The notes under the pieces are model-generated. The model made no database searches. It saw nothing but the letters and a program-made list of their open reading frames with translations, and was not told where the DNA came from. This document shows positions 47,538-62,551 of a stretch of 64,000 nt of DNA, piece by piece. The DNA is taken from positions 7,564,001 through 7,628,000 of the forward strand of contig CM035359.1 in NCBI GenBank assembly GCA_020137815.1. The letters are read 5' to 3'. The position numbers and the translations under genes were made by a program. This DNA is from Hormiphora californensis (taxonomy: Eukaryota; Animalia; Ctenophora). The stretch's first letter is position 1; each line of letters starts with the position of its first letter.

Positions 47538-50462
47538 TTATTCTGCGCTGTATTTTTGCATACTCCGTAAATACTCCACAAACTCCTCGTAATTTATGAC
47601 CTGGGGAATGTGGAGTTGTTTAGCTGCTGATGGGGAATGTGGAGTTGTTTAGCTGCTGATGGGGGATGTGGAGTTGTTTAGAAAAGCATTTGGAGTCTTG
47701 AAACAGAAATGCGATATTAAAAAATCATAATCAGAATTTCTCTATCGTGTAGAGCAAAGCGAGGAAAGGGGGTGGGGTAAGCGAGGGGGAGGTGCTATGT
47801 AGTTCTAAAACTCCACTTACCCCATCACCATCAGTATCCATCATATTGAAAAACTCGTTAGCTTCTTCCTCCGTGAACTGCTCACCGTATCTGCAGAATA
47901 ATGGGTATTCAGAACTCCAAAGGTTTGTCTCTATCCTGGAATTCAAATCTCCAAAGGTTTGTCTCTATCCTGGTATTCAGAACTCTATCCCATAAAGTGT
48001 AAAGGATGGTTTTTAGCCTACATTTCAATTCTCCGACTTACTGTGTTAGTGCTCGTTTTAACTCAGTGGCAGACACAAAACCATCGCCATCTTTATCAAA
48101 CACCTGCAAATGGGGATGTTTTAGTTAGGGCTCCCCCTAAATTTTAAAATAAATGGAACGAAAAAACAGTGAGAATTTATAAAAAATTGTACCACCTATC
48201 TTGCTGTCTCACCCTGTCTATCTCTCTCACCTTAAATGCGTCGTAGATCTGTGTCTCATCCTGTTCTATCCAATGTTGAATTAATACCAGATACTCATCA
48301 AAGTCTATTGTCCCTGATTTGTCTTGATCAAACCGTTCTGGGGGGAGGAGGTTTCTGAGAAAAAGAGGAGGATTTCTGGAGTCGGGAAGGAGCAGGACGA
48401 GGGGTATTTAAACCATTCTTAGATGGGGGGATGTGGTAGTAAGAATCACTTTTAAGGAATCATTGTGGCGTTGGTCGTCTTTAAGATTTATAAGATATTA
48501 AACGAGCTATCTGTTGAATTTTCAGCTTAAAATCTATACTTAACCCAAGGTTCACAACGATTTCAAATCGGCTGTGAGATTAAGAGAATCTAATTCTAGT
48601 TAATCGTTTTGATGCGGTCTACAGGTCACGACCACAAAAGACGCAATTAGTATCTTTTTTGTTTCCTGATTCTTCATTCTACCTTTGTGTCTCTCCTTTT
48701 CTCTCCGATATTAAATGGTCGATAACCTTTCTCGATAGTCCATAATCTTTATCCCTCTCTCTCCCCATTTATTTCCTCTGTCTCTTACATTTTATTTATC
48801 TCTAGATCGATCCAAAAATATTTTGATCGGTTTTAAAAAGTTAATTCGCTAAAGCTTCCCAACCTTCTTTCCTTCCTTTCTGAGACTACATCTTGTGCTG
48901 GAGTATAAAAAACGGGAAAAAAGTCTTGGGTTAAAGCTGAAATGTTTAAACTAATTGAAGAGACATGGACGACTTTGAATGTTTCAATTGAGAACCCCTC
49001 GATAAGTAGGCCCCCTTCTACTACAAAGTACAAACCCAGCCCAACTGCATCCCTGTATAATTGAATTCAACCCCGTTCGTACAAAGTTTTATTCAAACAA
49101 TTTTCAAAATACATATTGGGCTCTTTAGAAAGAGGAAATCAAGCTCTTTATATTCAAACGCTCCCCACCATCCATAACAACCCCTTATTTCGCACGGGCA
49201 AAAGTGGGAATTGTTGCAAGCTAGTGACGCACGCTAGGATACTCCATCACTGCACCACGCCATTCATTTGCTCAGTTTCACATTTAAAGTGGTTCATTTC
49301 CCTTAGATAGTGACTAACGTTACTAATGATCTAACTAACTACCCACTTCACGTCATGTACTACATGTATACATGTGAAGTCGCTAAGCACCGGGGAGGTA
49401 GTTGTTTCGTGCTTCCCTGTTCATCGTTTCCCATCTGTTGATATATCAACATGGAAGCACAAAACAGCTATTACATTCATTCATTTCTCATAAGAATGTC
49501 CGTCGAAGCTAGCAGCCTCCTCTATAGACCCTTGTTTACCGAAAAAGCAATTATCAGTTATCACGTGGAAATGAGTAAGGACTTGCTCGACCCTGTTTCA
49601 CCGCACCCCACACGGGGAAACGAATGTAAAATGAGAACATATAACAAATGAAGCCCAGGACTAACCTAAAATCTGTTGCACCTCCTCCGGTGTCGGGCTG
49701 TATCCCAGGATTTCAAGAATTCCTCCCAGCTCATCAACATTGATAACGTTGTCACCGTTCTTGTCGTACATGTCGAATATCTGCCTGGGGGGAGGGGGAT
49801 GGGTTAGTTGTGCTTTATAATAGCCGCAGCTGGGAGAAAGGGGACTTTAGAGACCAGGGGAATGCTGTTTGGAAGAAGGTACAAGGAGGTTAGAGATCAC
49901 GGGGGAATATACTGTGGGGAGGGGAGGGGAGGTTTACGGAAATGTGATTAGTGATGTTCTGTTTTTTCAGACTTTCTAGCGTGGGACATAAATCAAAATT
50001 GTGATCCAACTTTTCCAAATTTGACATTGTGTAACAAAAATTTGCCTCCATCGTGACCGCCCTTCCCCCAAAACAAAAATGAAGAACTCATCTCCTTCTC
50101 AGTCTCAAATAACAAAACTGCAAATGGCAACTGATTAATATACTTTTCAGATGAAAATAGCCCATCTCAATCACCGTGACATCCTCTCACCTTGCTAGAT
50201 TTTCATAAACGTAAGAGGTAAAGAAACATCCGGTCTTGAGTCTGTCAACATCCACATTCACATCGATCAGCTTTGAGATGCATTTCTTCTCGGTCCCGTC
50301 ACCGCCTATATAAATCAGGGGTAACTGACAGCAAGTTACCATGTTACCATGGTTACCATATATTCCGATGTCCCAGGAGACACATTTCTGTAGAAGGCTA
50401 CCCGCCCTTTCACGTGCCAATTTAAATACCACTTAGAAGGTTTTAAAAGGGAACATTTTTTA

Positions 50463-50535
<73 letters not shown>

Positions 50536-50966
50536 GAGGGAAAATGATAGATGACTGAAGCTTAAAAGGATAATGGGCACAGCTGACTAACCAAGGAAAA
50601 AAGGAGATGAAAAAGAAATAATTTAAAATGGATTAGGAGGACAACTACCAAGGGAAGAAAACTTGATTAATCACCTCCAAACGTCATTTGAACAGTTCTT
50701 TTCAAACTCTCCATTCTGCGAGTTGTCGAGGAGGGATCAATGGAGGGTTCATCTTCAGTCAGATCATCCTCGATGACAGATCTATACCTGGACACAAAGC
50801 TGTTGTAGAGGATGTTTCAAGCATGTGGTTAGTAAACAATAGAACACCACAGAGAGAAGGTAAATCAATACCTGGGAGGTTTCTCTCCTCCACTGGTCGC
50901 ACCCCGGACACCATCAAAGAATGCATTGCAACCATTGAAGGGCTTACAACGGAACAGAAAACTCAT
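47538..50966 (-). CDS. Calmodulin-like four-EF-hand protein (proximal-start isoform; further 5' exons up to at least 60565)
   Basis: Common exons encode QIFDMYDKNGDNVINVDEL, FDQDKSGTIDFDEY, VFDKDGDGFVSATEL and MDTDGDGVINYEEF, with TAA at 47540-47538. 5' exons 50966-50872, 50787-50675 and 50305-50191 join in frame. Confidence 0.88.
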
Positions 50967-51212
50967 GTCTTGTAACTGAGAGAGGCCTCTATAGCGGGAG
51001 AGAATTTTGGGGAGGTAGGCCACTATCTCTCCCTCTCTCTCTCCCTCTCTCTCTCACTATCTCTCAATAGCTGAAGGAAGCATGTGCACGGCGCTCTCCA
51101 ATTACGCGTTGGCTACTATGTCACGTGAGATGAAGATAATTACAACGACTTCAAACAGAAGTTCCAATACGAATACAGAGAGAAAATGAGAGAGTCATAG
51201 GGAGGGAGAGAG

Positions 51213-51260
<48 letters not shown>

Positions 51261-51317
51261 AAGAGAGAGAGAGGAGAGAGAGAGAGAGGAGGAGAGAGAG
51301 AGATAGAGAGAGAGAGG

Positions 51318-51458
<141 letters not shown>

Positions 51459-54400
51459 AAGACCGGATGCATCCCTATGGAGCAGATTTCCAGTTCCCGA
51501 AAATTTGCAAATGGCATGATACCATACGAATATAATATTCAAACCATGTTCTCAGCTCTCTTTTTTATGGTCGTTCCTTAGAATACGAGCACTTATTATT
51601 AGTTGAGGTAATTTTAGATTTCTTCAAATTAACGATGACATGTCGACCTTTAGACGCATTTTTTTGACAATTAAATTTCTAACCTCTTTTTGAAATTAAC
51701 GGTAAAATGGACGTACAAATTCGAACAGTAACAGCGAACAAAAATATATTATAACGAGTCAATGGATATTAATTATGATCGTTGTAAAATATAAATACTG
51801 AAAATAATGAATTTATTCTTGAATAGAAATAGACGGTAGACACAAAAGTGAATCATAATATAATCAGGATTAGTTGATTAGTTGATTGTTTATTAGCCGC
51901 AGAATTAGTAAGTAAGTAAGTTTTGCTTTCTAATTTCGGCTGAACAAATTAAATACACGGTCATGTAGACGTTATTATGATAGATAAAATTCATTAGGCT
52001 TCATTAGGCTCAAAGTACATAATATGTCATTTCTGCCTTCTCTGAACCGGGCCGCGCTGTGTGCGTGATGATACAGTCAAGTAGTATAACAAGTAGTTTC
52101 AAGTTGAAAAGTTTGAAACAACAATAATTTTATTTCAAATATTCAAGGAGACGATTATTAATATTTTCTTACCTCATTATATTTCGTGTGTCTTTAGAGG
52201 TTCCACAGGAGCCCATAACAGAGCAGAAATTGGCAATTTAATTAGACAAAACGATTAGAGTCACATTTTAACTAACAACAACAATTATCGAAAGAAGATA
52301 AGAACTAAGGATCAATAACAATTAAAATGTGAAGCTTCGATGATGGTCAAAAGGGCAAACAATAGAACTCACGATCAGTTTCCTTGTTTCGACCACTTCA
52401 GAAGAAATTTCAATAGAATAATGGAGAAAGTGTTCTCAAAATTGATTTTGTTTCTGTGATCTTTATATTGTGATCATGACGTCATGAGATATCATCCCCT
52501 GGCAAACAAATGAAATGGTGATCTCGAGCAGACGCACTCCTTCCCGTCTCATTAACGGTAAGAAGATGGAAACAGTCTCTACAACTAAACTTCCATCCTG
52601 ACCTACCTGAAAACAGGATCAAACAGAACTTCACTCTTTTTCTTCTCGGCAAGGTTTAGTATTTCTGCGTAGTCAGGTAACTTGTAGAGGAGGAAATCAT
52701 GGTGATGGGCCAGCACGTGAGGGACCTCGTGTTCAGAAGAGTGGTGCCGACCACCTTATAGGGGACAAGTGGGTGATTTAAAAACAACTTTCAGCTATTT
52801 CCAAAACATTATTTTTCAAATACAGATCCCGTCTTTACTAAAAAAGTTATTTCTGACATTATTCAACTCTTAGCCTTGTTCAATAGCCTACCTTTGGCGT
52901 ATTGCCTTTTCTGGTGTCCCCTTGATCCTGCGTGGTGGTGAGGTGGGGAAGAAGAGAAGTAGGAGAATATTTTAGAGAGAACCATTGTAAGAGGTGTGGC
53001 GAGGTAACAGAATCATGGTATCTAACAAAGTTATATATTTATTATTTAGCTAAAACAATGTAGCTAACAAGCTGGTCAAATATCTCAACAGGAAAGCTAA
53101 CAATAATTAGCTAAAGTAAAGCTGTATTTAAAAGCTGGGTATAGTTCTTAAGAATTAGTGCGAGGGTCATTGATAAGTTTAAACTCCCTGTCTATACAAG
53201 CCTATAGTTAGGTGTAGGGAGAGAGAAGAAACCTTGTAACATATTGTCTTGGCCTCCCTGCAGCTTACCTCCGATTCTCTATCATTATATTTACTGGAGT
53301 TGCTTTCTATCTTTTTCTCTCTAACTCCATCTCTTCATCCCCTTTTCCGGATTGTTCAGGTCAACTAATTGCTCGATCTTTTTAAATCTCTAAAAAATCG
53401 CTAAATCTCTAATACATAAATGTGGCTGGCTTCTATTCTTTCATATGGGAGCAATTATATTAGATATAAATCCAACAATGACCATTGACCATGATATTCA
53501 ATGGAACCGTGGAATGAACTACCAGGTACGATCTGAGTTATACCAACCAATTACAACAAGAGATAAACGCACACTTTATACACTGTACCAGCAGGAACTC
53601 TCTCTAAGTATTGACGTAATAAGTGGCACTTGCCACCATGGCGGGCGTAGAAGAACTTATTAGGTAAATCAGAACTAGTAAAAGTGTACACAATTCAATG
53701 CCTAACGATCGAATCATGGCCTTAGAGCCGAAAGTAATGCCTGTACTAAATCCTTAATGGTAATAGCATATTTTCAAACGATTGAATCCTTATATCTAGA
53801 CAATGACTATATTATATGCTCGTGACTACTTGTTGAAAGAGGTCTATTGAATCTATATCTGATATATCGAATCCATACAAGACTGAAGTCTAAGAAGAAT
53901 ATTCAAGTTAAAAGGATAATATTTTATATCCGAAGTTTAGATATGAAAATATATCGCGATGCAAATAATATTTTCATCATCTATCTATAGAAGTAAGCAT
54001 CTAGAACTGGTGTGGCCGATCATATCAACTGAATTGCTAATACTCATCTTATTCTTCTTAGCATTCCATGCATGGTATGTTTCACCAATGAACATGTTGT
54101 AATCCATTCTTTAGAAGAGCCACACATCTATCTATCTACAATTAGGCCTTATCTCAAAGATCATTTTAACGAAAAGAAAGGTCAAGAAAGGAATTTGTTT
54201 TACCGTTCTCACGATCAATTGGAATCAAAAACTAAGTCTCATTTAATCTATTAAAGTATAGAAAGCTGTCAATCATCCCAATATTCTCTAACAATTGAGA
54301 TCTCAACCCTCTGCTAGATGACTGAACTATATAATCAACATCAAACTTGCTGAAACTCTCCATGAACATGGCAGTCTTACAGAACAGTATCTTTTACATG

Positions 54401-55554
54401 TTTGCTATTTGATACAGCCCGCGTGCGTGGTGAAGTGACCATAGCAAACAAGCAGGGGACAAAAAGGGGCCTTAAACAGTCACAAATACTACTCTCTGCC
54501 AATGAATTAGGAATTGAACCACCTCTACATGCTAAGAAGCTAAATAAATACAGACCACCTGTTTAGTTATCAGTCGACAGTCACAGATGAATGATGAGTT
54601 ATATAAATCGTAGTAGGGGGTGGAAATGCAGTCTACTTTGGACAGAGAGGGGGAATATGACGCATAACTATGTAGGCCAATGTCTAACAGCAGATCCCCG
54701 CATCTCAACATCAAGACTGCTGCTACTGGTGTGATAGCTGTAAAACCGACAAAGATCTGTCTAAAAGGAAAGTCTACTGACAAGTTGAAAACAAGATGAA
54801 TTCATGGACTACGCCTTTGAAATCATGTTATGACTCTCCTCAAAATGGGGTACTTCTCAAAGTGAGCAGCATTTTAGCGAATTCGACAAACCAACGACGA
54901 GTTTTTGGCAGGGATGTATATCACTCAAAAAGGATGGCAGTCCTGGAGGATATAATAGTACAGAAATGGCTCACTAGGCTGTAGACAATATTAGACGACA
55001 ACTGTGCACAACTTTCCTCCTAATCCTTGTAATTGCAGCTGAGAGAAAGGAGCAGCACTTATCTATGCGGATAATGAGACCTGCACTTTCTTAGAAAATA
55101 CTGACCAACCATCCAGTAAGATCTCATGGCCGTGTCGGTGAGAAAAAATGCCGGAACTGTCATTAGAGGAGTTCCGTTTTCTTTTACCGCTAATTAAAGT
55201 GCAGAGATATAATGTGCCTGTTGTAAGTTCAAAATAGGAAACGGGTTAGAAATGGAAACTTCAAAATTGCTTAAGTCCATTTGGCGGAATCCTAATTCAC
55301 AATTGTCTACTGTAATGCGATGGACAAAATTAGCCTTGGACTACAATAATAACAACTAGGTCTCGACTTGTGTCTGCTTCCAACAGCAGTAGCTACCCTT
55401 CATTACATCCATTACATTACCATTTAGTACGTAGGTAATGCTACGCAAGAGATATAATATAAGGGCACGTGCAAACTAGCTGAAAAGTTACCAATGAACC
55501 AACGTAAGCGAATAAGTGACAATTAACCTGCCCGTACAACTCAAAACTCAAGTA

Positions 55555-55652
55555 CAATCGGACCCCTTTTTATCAATTATCGGCATCCCGATTTACCGGG
55601 CAAAATCGATTCCCCCGAGCATCCCAGACCCCAGTAAATCGGGGTCCAACTG
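55555..55652. mobile_element. Degenerate Tc1/mariner-type MITE
   Basis: CAATCGGACCCC...CCCGATTTACCGGG...CCAGTAAATCGGGGTCCAACTG; related to 57534-57703. Confidence 0.55.
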
Positions 55653-57213
55653 CAGTACTACCGGTTTGAAACGTGTGCACTAAATAAGTCTGAAGTAGCG
55701 GCTGTTGTAAAATGAAGTGTCAAGTGAGCTGAAAGTGGAGCGGGCGTTGATATGAACAAAGTGTCGAAGTGGGAGGGAGATACAGTAACATAGAGAATAA
55801 TTGAGCACTTGAAATATGTTTATGGAATTGGTCTGGCAAGGTTATTAAGCATGTGGGGAACATATATCTTTGCATTGTTTTGTAAAGGATGTCTAACAGT
55901 TGAACCTGGACAATAGGGGAACTAAGAGGGAGAGATCCGATATATACCCATATATATACCTAGTACAATTAGAGAGTGAGCAGTTATTGTACTGTGCAGT
56001 GAAGGCTACTAACGATGGTTTTTGATATATCAACTGATGAAACTACTCACGTACATAGAGTTTGTACGTGAGGAGCAATATACCCAACAACCTCCCTTCT
56101 CCCTCTTGTTAGCACGGGGACGATAAAAAACAACCGTTCATCACTCTGACAACAACATCTAGCGCCTAACATTTTCAACAGGGATGTGGTTAACACTCGT
56201 GTATAAGAAGGGCCCCCGCTATAATAATGCACATATATATTGCATGACAACTTATTCCTTCAACAATAAACAACTTAATATGATCATATTCAGAAGGAGA
56301 TGAGATGAGCGGATATTCAGAACTTCAGAAGGAGATGCAATGAGCAAGAGAGCAACGGATGAGGCTGTGGTATATAGCTTAATGTAGGTTATGGAAATAT
56401 CTTCAAAGGGGCCAATATCAACAAGACGGATGAGTCCAAAGTTTTAGGGTCAGCATCCCCCTCCCTCGATATCAACCATAGCTATACCGAGTCACATCGA
56501 ACAACGAGACTAATTTCTAGGACTCACTCTACAAATAACCCATTATACCCCGGCGGAGTCACAATAAACGGTCTTTGTGACTCCGCCAGCCTCATGGAAA
56601 ACTACTGCCTCTCATTTTATTAAACATCTCGAATATATCTCACCACCGTAACTTTGTTAGTCCCCTTTAACACAACAATTCAGCGAATGGGGCAGTTTTC
56701 ATATAACCTCTAAATACTAAAACTGTGGCCCTCCTCTATTACAAGCTACCTTTCTCTCCAACTACCCTTACAAATTATTACACATACACATTATTCCTAT
56801 AATTTTGCTAAGACTGCAAAAAACAAAGGGCTGAAAACGCTAAATTGGCAAACAATACTGTTTGAGAATTTCTAAATTCTAACCTAAGACTCAATTGTAT
56901 CATTTTAAAAAGAATTCCTGGCTAGCCTTCCTCAATCCGGTACAATAGGAAACTTAAGTATGTAAGTTTTACTCTAGTGGTATAAAAATCAGGCTACCAG
57001 GAAAGTAATATCTAAAGGACAAAATGTGTGAATCGAAGACGAGTTAGTAAAAGACCAAAGGGAAGCTTTACAGACCTGCGTACTTGCTATAGTTTTCCTT
57101 AATTTGTGAACAAGCAAAGGAGACAGCAAGCAGCCTTTTTTTCGTTAAACAACCCACATATTTTGTACATGTATGCATGATCATATTGATCATATTAGAC
57201 AAGAACAAAAAAT

Positions 57214-57268
<55 letters not shown>

Positions 57269-57533
57269 TGTAAAAAAGGTTGGATTGAAAGGAAATGACC
57301 GTTTATACATGTGTATACACTGTACACACCCTTGAACACCATCAAAGTCAAGTACACTCATTCGTGCATTACACCCTTAGAATAAAAAGAGGATATAAAC
57401 AGCTCCAACAACTTGATGACGTTAAATTAGCATTTCTTGACGTTCATTCCCACGTTTAATCATAGAGATATTTCTAAAAAAACTCATTAGTTCTAGGAAT
57501 TTATAGGCTCATTAATTATAGATTATTAAAGTA

Positions 57534-57703
57534 CAGTCAGACCCCGATTTAGTGGCATCCTCGGGGAAAAAAATCCTGCCACTAAATGGGGGTGCCACTA
57601 AATCGGGTTCAAATAATGTTAATTTTCGTATATCGGGGAAAAAAATCCTGCCACTAAATCGGGTTGCCACTAAATCGGGGGCCACTAAATCGGGGTCCGA
57701 CTG
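57534..57703. mobile_element. Tc1/mariner (pogo/Tigger-like) MITE
   Basis: TA-CAGTCAGACCCCGATTTAGTGGC ... GCCACTAAATCGGGGTCCGACTG-TA. Confidence 0.85.
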
Positions 57704-59523
57704 TACATGTATTATAGAGTAACAAACTAGTTATTGGCATTAACTCAAAAGATATAGATCATCTTAAAAGAGCGAAAGCAAAAATTACCAATGGTTTAAC
57801 AATTATCAACTTCTCTGTCTACCTCTCTTCCGGTACTTGAACGTTTCAGCAGAATTAGTATTATGGGTCTAACCAGAGAAATAGCATCATCATTTTTCTA
57901 GAAATACTATTTTTGGACAAAAGCCTTGGAGAGGAGAGAGAAGGAGAGAAAGGGAGATAGAAAAGAGACAGAGAGAGGGAGAAAGAGGGAGAATTGCACT
58001 CCTTAATAAATTATCACGGGCTCACAGAAAATAACTTAGCACTTTGAAAGCTTGTGAAAAACGTATAATTAGTCACTAGAAACTAAAACTCCCGCAATAT
58101 GTTGAGGAGGGAAATAATGAGGAGCTGGTAGGGAGCCAAATATGCATTTCAAACAAGAATAAAGAGGTTACAACGTCACTAGACAGGCCGGTATCATCTC
58201 CAATCCATCCGCAAAGTTGTTGTCGAATACTCCATTTACTGGATCGGACGTACAGGATGGGGGCTAAGTTGAGACTCTCAAGGAAAGTAGGACTAATAAC
58301 CTAAAATATGATTATTCGCGAATACAAAGACGCGACTAACGGACTACTCATGAGATTCTCAACATAAGGGGTAGAATATGATCAAAGGTATTATTCGCGG
58401 ATACCGATACAATGAAAGGTTTCCGCATTTGGCAAAGAGATGTTTAAGTTCGTAATCGCACTTAGATGATTAAAAGTGTAATGTTTTGGATTGGTAACGA
58501 GTTAATCACTAAGATTAAAAAGTGGGTGTGGGTAACAACACAGTGGTAAAATTTTAACGTTAAGTTTTTATACGTTACCTCCATTGCCGTTACCCTCAAA
58601 CAGAAAACAAATGTGCCTTACCTTGCATGGATTTCAATGCAGCTAATCGTCTCTCTATCGTACTCCTTCATAAAATTATTCGACCGGGACATTATTTTTT
58701 TCTTTCTTTATTTCTTTCGCTGTAACCACAATGTTCAAGATTCAAAAACTTGTACAAGTTTACAATAAACTCCGAAGAGTCGAAGACCCGATATTTAGAT
58801 CTCAAAACAGTTTATATGTCAAACTCAAATGGGGGGAGGGGACAATTCCAATAAAACTGACTGAGAGGGCGGTGTTCGCACTTTACACAGCTGTCGAAAA
58901 TATTACCATGAACTGTTCGGTACCGTAAATTGCACACAATTTTATCTAACACGTCATAATGTGTGCGGCTACTTGTAGAGGGGGGCACGGCTACTTAATT
59001 CCTGCACATGACTCGAGTTATATTGAGCCGCCTTCAGAGTCCCCTAAAGGTTTAGGAAGAAGTGCTATAACTGCTTACAGAAAGCCTACCAGATTATTGT
59101 ACTAAAGCTTGTATCTCTCATGGCCGCATAGTTATAATAGTAGCAATGGTAATGTAAGAAAGAAAAGACAGACACTTAGTTTAGGAATATTGAGTCGAGC
59201 TGAGTATCTCCTTAATTAGCGGTTTGTAGACGCTGTACAGACGTGATGGGGCGTTGCTCTGTATACCAGAATACTATCACTTAGAGCTATATAGAGAGAA
59301 GATGCGGGGAGATAGATAGAGAAAAATGCATATATGAAAACAAATAATGCAACTCACTCCTAGGAAAAACTCGGCCACATTACAAGCGGCGACAAGTTAG
59401 GAGTGGAGTCAACTCAGTTGACACTTGACAGGTGTGAGGGTGCTACTGGAGAAAAACTTTTAGCAACAAATTTAATATGCACATTTTTCTCTGTCATAGG
59501 TCTACCTCAGGTCTAGCCTTTCA

Positions 59524-59656
<133 letters not shown>

Positions 59657-60931
59657 CTGGGAAGTACTGAAGTTTGGGTGAAGCATAGGACCGCTTTAAT
59701 TGCTGGAAATTGACGGCAAAAAGTGAACATTTTTCCAGGCTTTACCAAGTCAACAAGTGCAGCAGTTGCAGTCATGCAGCTGTACAAAATGTAAAGCAAT
59801 ATAAATTCAACACAAACTGAATTCTGAAAGAGTCAGCACTACTGGTATCAATGACTATTCAATAAATGCATTCAAACGTCGTCATAGTTTGAGCTGAGAG
59901 ATGGACGTGACTGTACTGTAAAGACTATTCAGAGAGTATCATGAGGTAGTGGATTAGCACTGGAACAATACCCATAATTTAGTCTGACTCTCACTCACAA
60001 CTGCAGCACTGTATGTATCATAATGCAATTGTTTGCATTCTCTCTGTTTTTGTCTTTTCCTTAGAACCCAGCTGGATCATTGACAGCTATTGTAGAGAAT
60101 AGAGATCTGTGTGAAATAGAGTTGTTGTACCGACCATATGGGTTATGTATTAGGTTTTACAGTGTGTGTAGTGGAGTAAACAGGTTTCATGAGAAAGGGT
60201 GGGAGATCTGGGAAGCCAGAAATGGGGGGGGGGCAATGTTTATTAATCATGCGATTAAAAGAATCAACTCAGAGACGAAATCAAGGAGACTGTACGGAGA
60301 TCTTCAAAAAGAATAAGGGAGTGAAAAGGGAAAATACTTACTTGCACTGAATTCTCCAGTACAGATTCAACTTCTCCCCAAACAGTCCACTGTTCAGTGT
60401 CCTTTGCTCGGCGTGATCAATGACGATTGAGTGTTCCCTACTGTTGATCCCTTTACTAGGACTCACAATGTTCGATGTTCCCCGGTGCTCCTCTTCTGAG
60501 ACAGAGAGACTGCTCTTGCTGGGTCCCTTGAAGTTTAGAAAGTTAGCGATATCCGTGAAAAACATGCAGCACGGGGGTCACTATGGTAAAACTAAAGGTT
60601 ATATATTTGTCAGTATATAACACACAGAGATGTAATGGTAAGTAAAACTAAAGGTTGCAGACGTGGGTACTTCTGGGGGGGCGTCACCTTTTTTTTTGCC
60701 CACTGCCCACATTATTCTTCAATTTTGAATTTGCCCACATGGGCAAAAGTGGGCAAAAGTGGGCAAAAGTAGGCAAAAGTAGGCAAAAATAAAAATTTAT
60801 ACTTTAGGCAACAATAAACATTATAAATAGTGTTATCGGTATTATCTGTTTGTTTTCATTGTTTACGACATGCATATTTTACACAAGAATGCTATTTTTA
60901 ACCAAATGTTATATAATAGCTAAGTCATATC

Positions 60932-61141
60932 ATGGCAAAGTACACTACATGTAAAAATTGGCGCTGTGGAAAATGTAGGCTTATCAATCGTGGCACCATG
61001 AATAAGTGTGGGCGTTGTTCGGATGAAAAAAGATTTGGAGTGTCGCTAGATCAACTCTATGGAGACTGGCAGTGCAAGAAATGCCAGATTAACAACTTTT
61101 CACGGAGAACCACATGTTATGGATGCGGTGGAAAAAAATAG
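60932..61141 (+). CDS. 69-aa protein with two RanBP2-type zinc fingers (TE cargo)
   Basis: WRCGKCRLINRGTMNKCGRC and GDWQCKKCQINNFSRRTTCYGC both fit W-x-C-x2-C-x3-N-x6-C-x2-C. Confidence 0.85.
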   Translation: MAKYTTCKNWRCGKCRLINRGTMNKCGRCSDEKRFGVSLDQLYGDWQCKKCQINNFSRRTTCYGCGGKK

Positions 61142-61242
61142 AAACTGTTCTAGCACCTGGATTTAATTAACAGTATACTCAATTTAATATATGTTTAACA
61201 CATTTCGACTCGTTACTCATCTGAACTATTGCCACCAGTACT

Positions 61243-61422
61243 AAACACCCCAAGTTTGAACACCCCAAGTTTGAACACCCCAATTTAAAACACCCCCATT
61301 TAAAACACCCCCATTTAAAACACCCCCATTTAAACCACCCCTATTAAAACACCCCCATTTAAAACACCCCCATTTAAACCACCCCTATTAAAACACCCCC
61401 ATTTCAAACACCCCCATTTAAA
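61243..61422. repeat. 16-17-bp tandem repeat between the cargo ORFs
   Basis: AAAACACCCCCATTT-type units, about 11 copies. Confidence 0.85.
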
Positions 61423-61490
61423 AACATCCATCTTGATCTATCTAGCTAACCACTAACCACTACCTTATTCCCTTCTAGTTCCACTAGGCC

Positions 61491-62551
61491 ATGTCCAAAT
61501 CACGATCAAAGTCTCACAGTCACAAGCACCCATCTCGTCCTTCAATTTCAAAACCATCTCGCCCTTCAAAACCAACTGCTAGTGCAAGTGGGGGTCCATC
61601 CAACAAGACAATCGCAAAGCAAAGGAGCCTGAAGAAAGAGGCCAAAACGTTTGTAGAAGCCTGCAAAGCAGCAATTGGACGAGAAATTAGTGTACTGGAT
61701 ATTAAGGGGATCCTCGTCAACAACGGTTTCAAGGTTGAACAGGATAAGCTGAAGGGAAGAATATTGTACGGCCAGTTACACAAGTTTTTCATTTCCTACG
61801 TTCGGCCACCGACAAAGGAGGTTCTTGCGATTATGAGGAAGGCAATGAATGTGGATGGAGGTCTCGTAATGTCCGATATGCTGCAAGACACGCCAGATGA
61901 TGAAGATGAAACAGTCGCTGATACCAACGAACCAGTCACTAATGCCGCCGAGATGTCTGAGCATAGTAAATTGATCAGTCCACGATCGCTTGAATAGAAG
62001 CAGAGAATGCTGATGATGATGATGATGCCGAGGATGTCCTGGACTTGAATGGTGCGCATGAAGATGAATACAGCGATGATGATTGTGCCGGAGATGATGG
62101 AGAAGATAGCACCATGGTGAAGACAAGTTTGGGAAAAATGAACATTAAAAGGGCAGAAAGAATTTTTCTAAACCAAGGTGGTTTTAAAGCCACGGCAAAG
62201 GGCCGATCAGGGCGGATCAAAGGAAAAAAACATGTTTTTTCAGACAATCTTTTGATAAACTTTTCTAAAACCAAGCCGTGTTGTTTAACGACTTCCGTAA
62301 AGCTGGGCGAGCAAGGGACCTTTAGACAGTTTAGCAAGAAGGGAAATGGTCCTCGTGTAACTGGAGAAGTCGCTTTCTTGACAGAAGATCTGTCACCGAG
62401 GAGATTTGTGTGCTCAAAACATCATCCAGGTGCTACTATCTGGGTGTGGGCTAAGAAACAATATATTCGTTGCGTTTTTTTGGTAAAATCAGCGGGTAAA
62501 AGGAAGGTTGGAACTAGTGGAGGAAGTGTCATCAAGAAAGGGAAAATCTGA
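61491..62551 (+). CDS. Unknown basic-acidic-basic protein (TE cargo); two ORFs probably forming one gene
   Basis: ORF 61491-61997 and the frame of 62045-62551 share a continuous acidic tract. Removing GT..AG 61966-61997 (32 nt) joins them in frame. Confidence 0.55.

Noticed and set aside
53269-53390. Coding exon of the EF-hand gene
   Set aside because: Stop codons or frame incompatibility with downstream exons; more likely 5' UTR.
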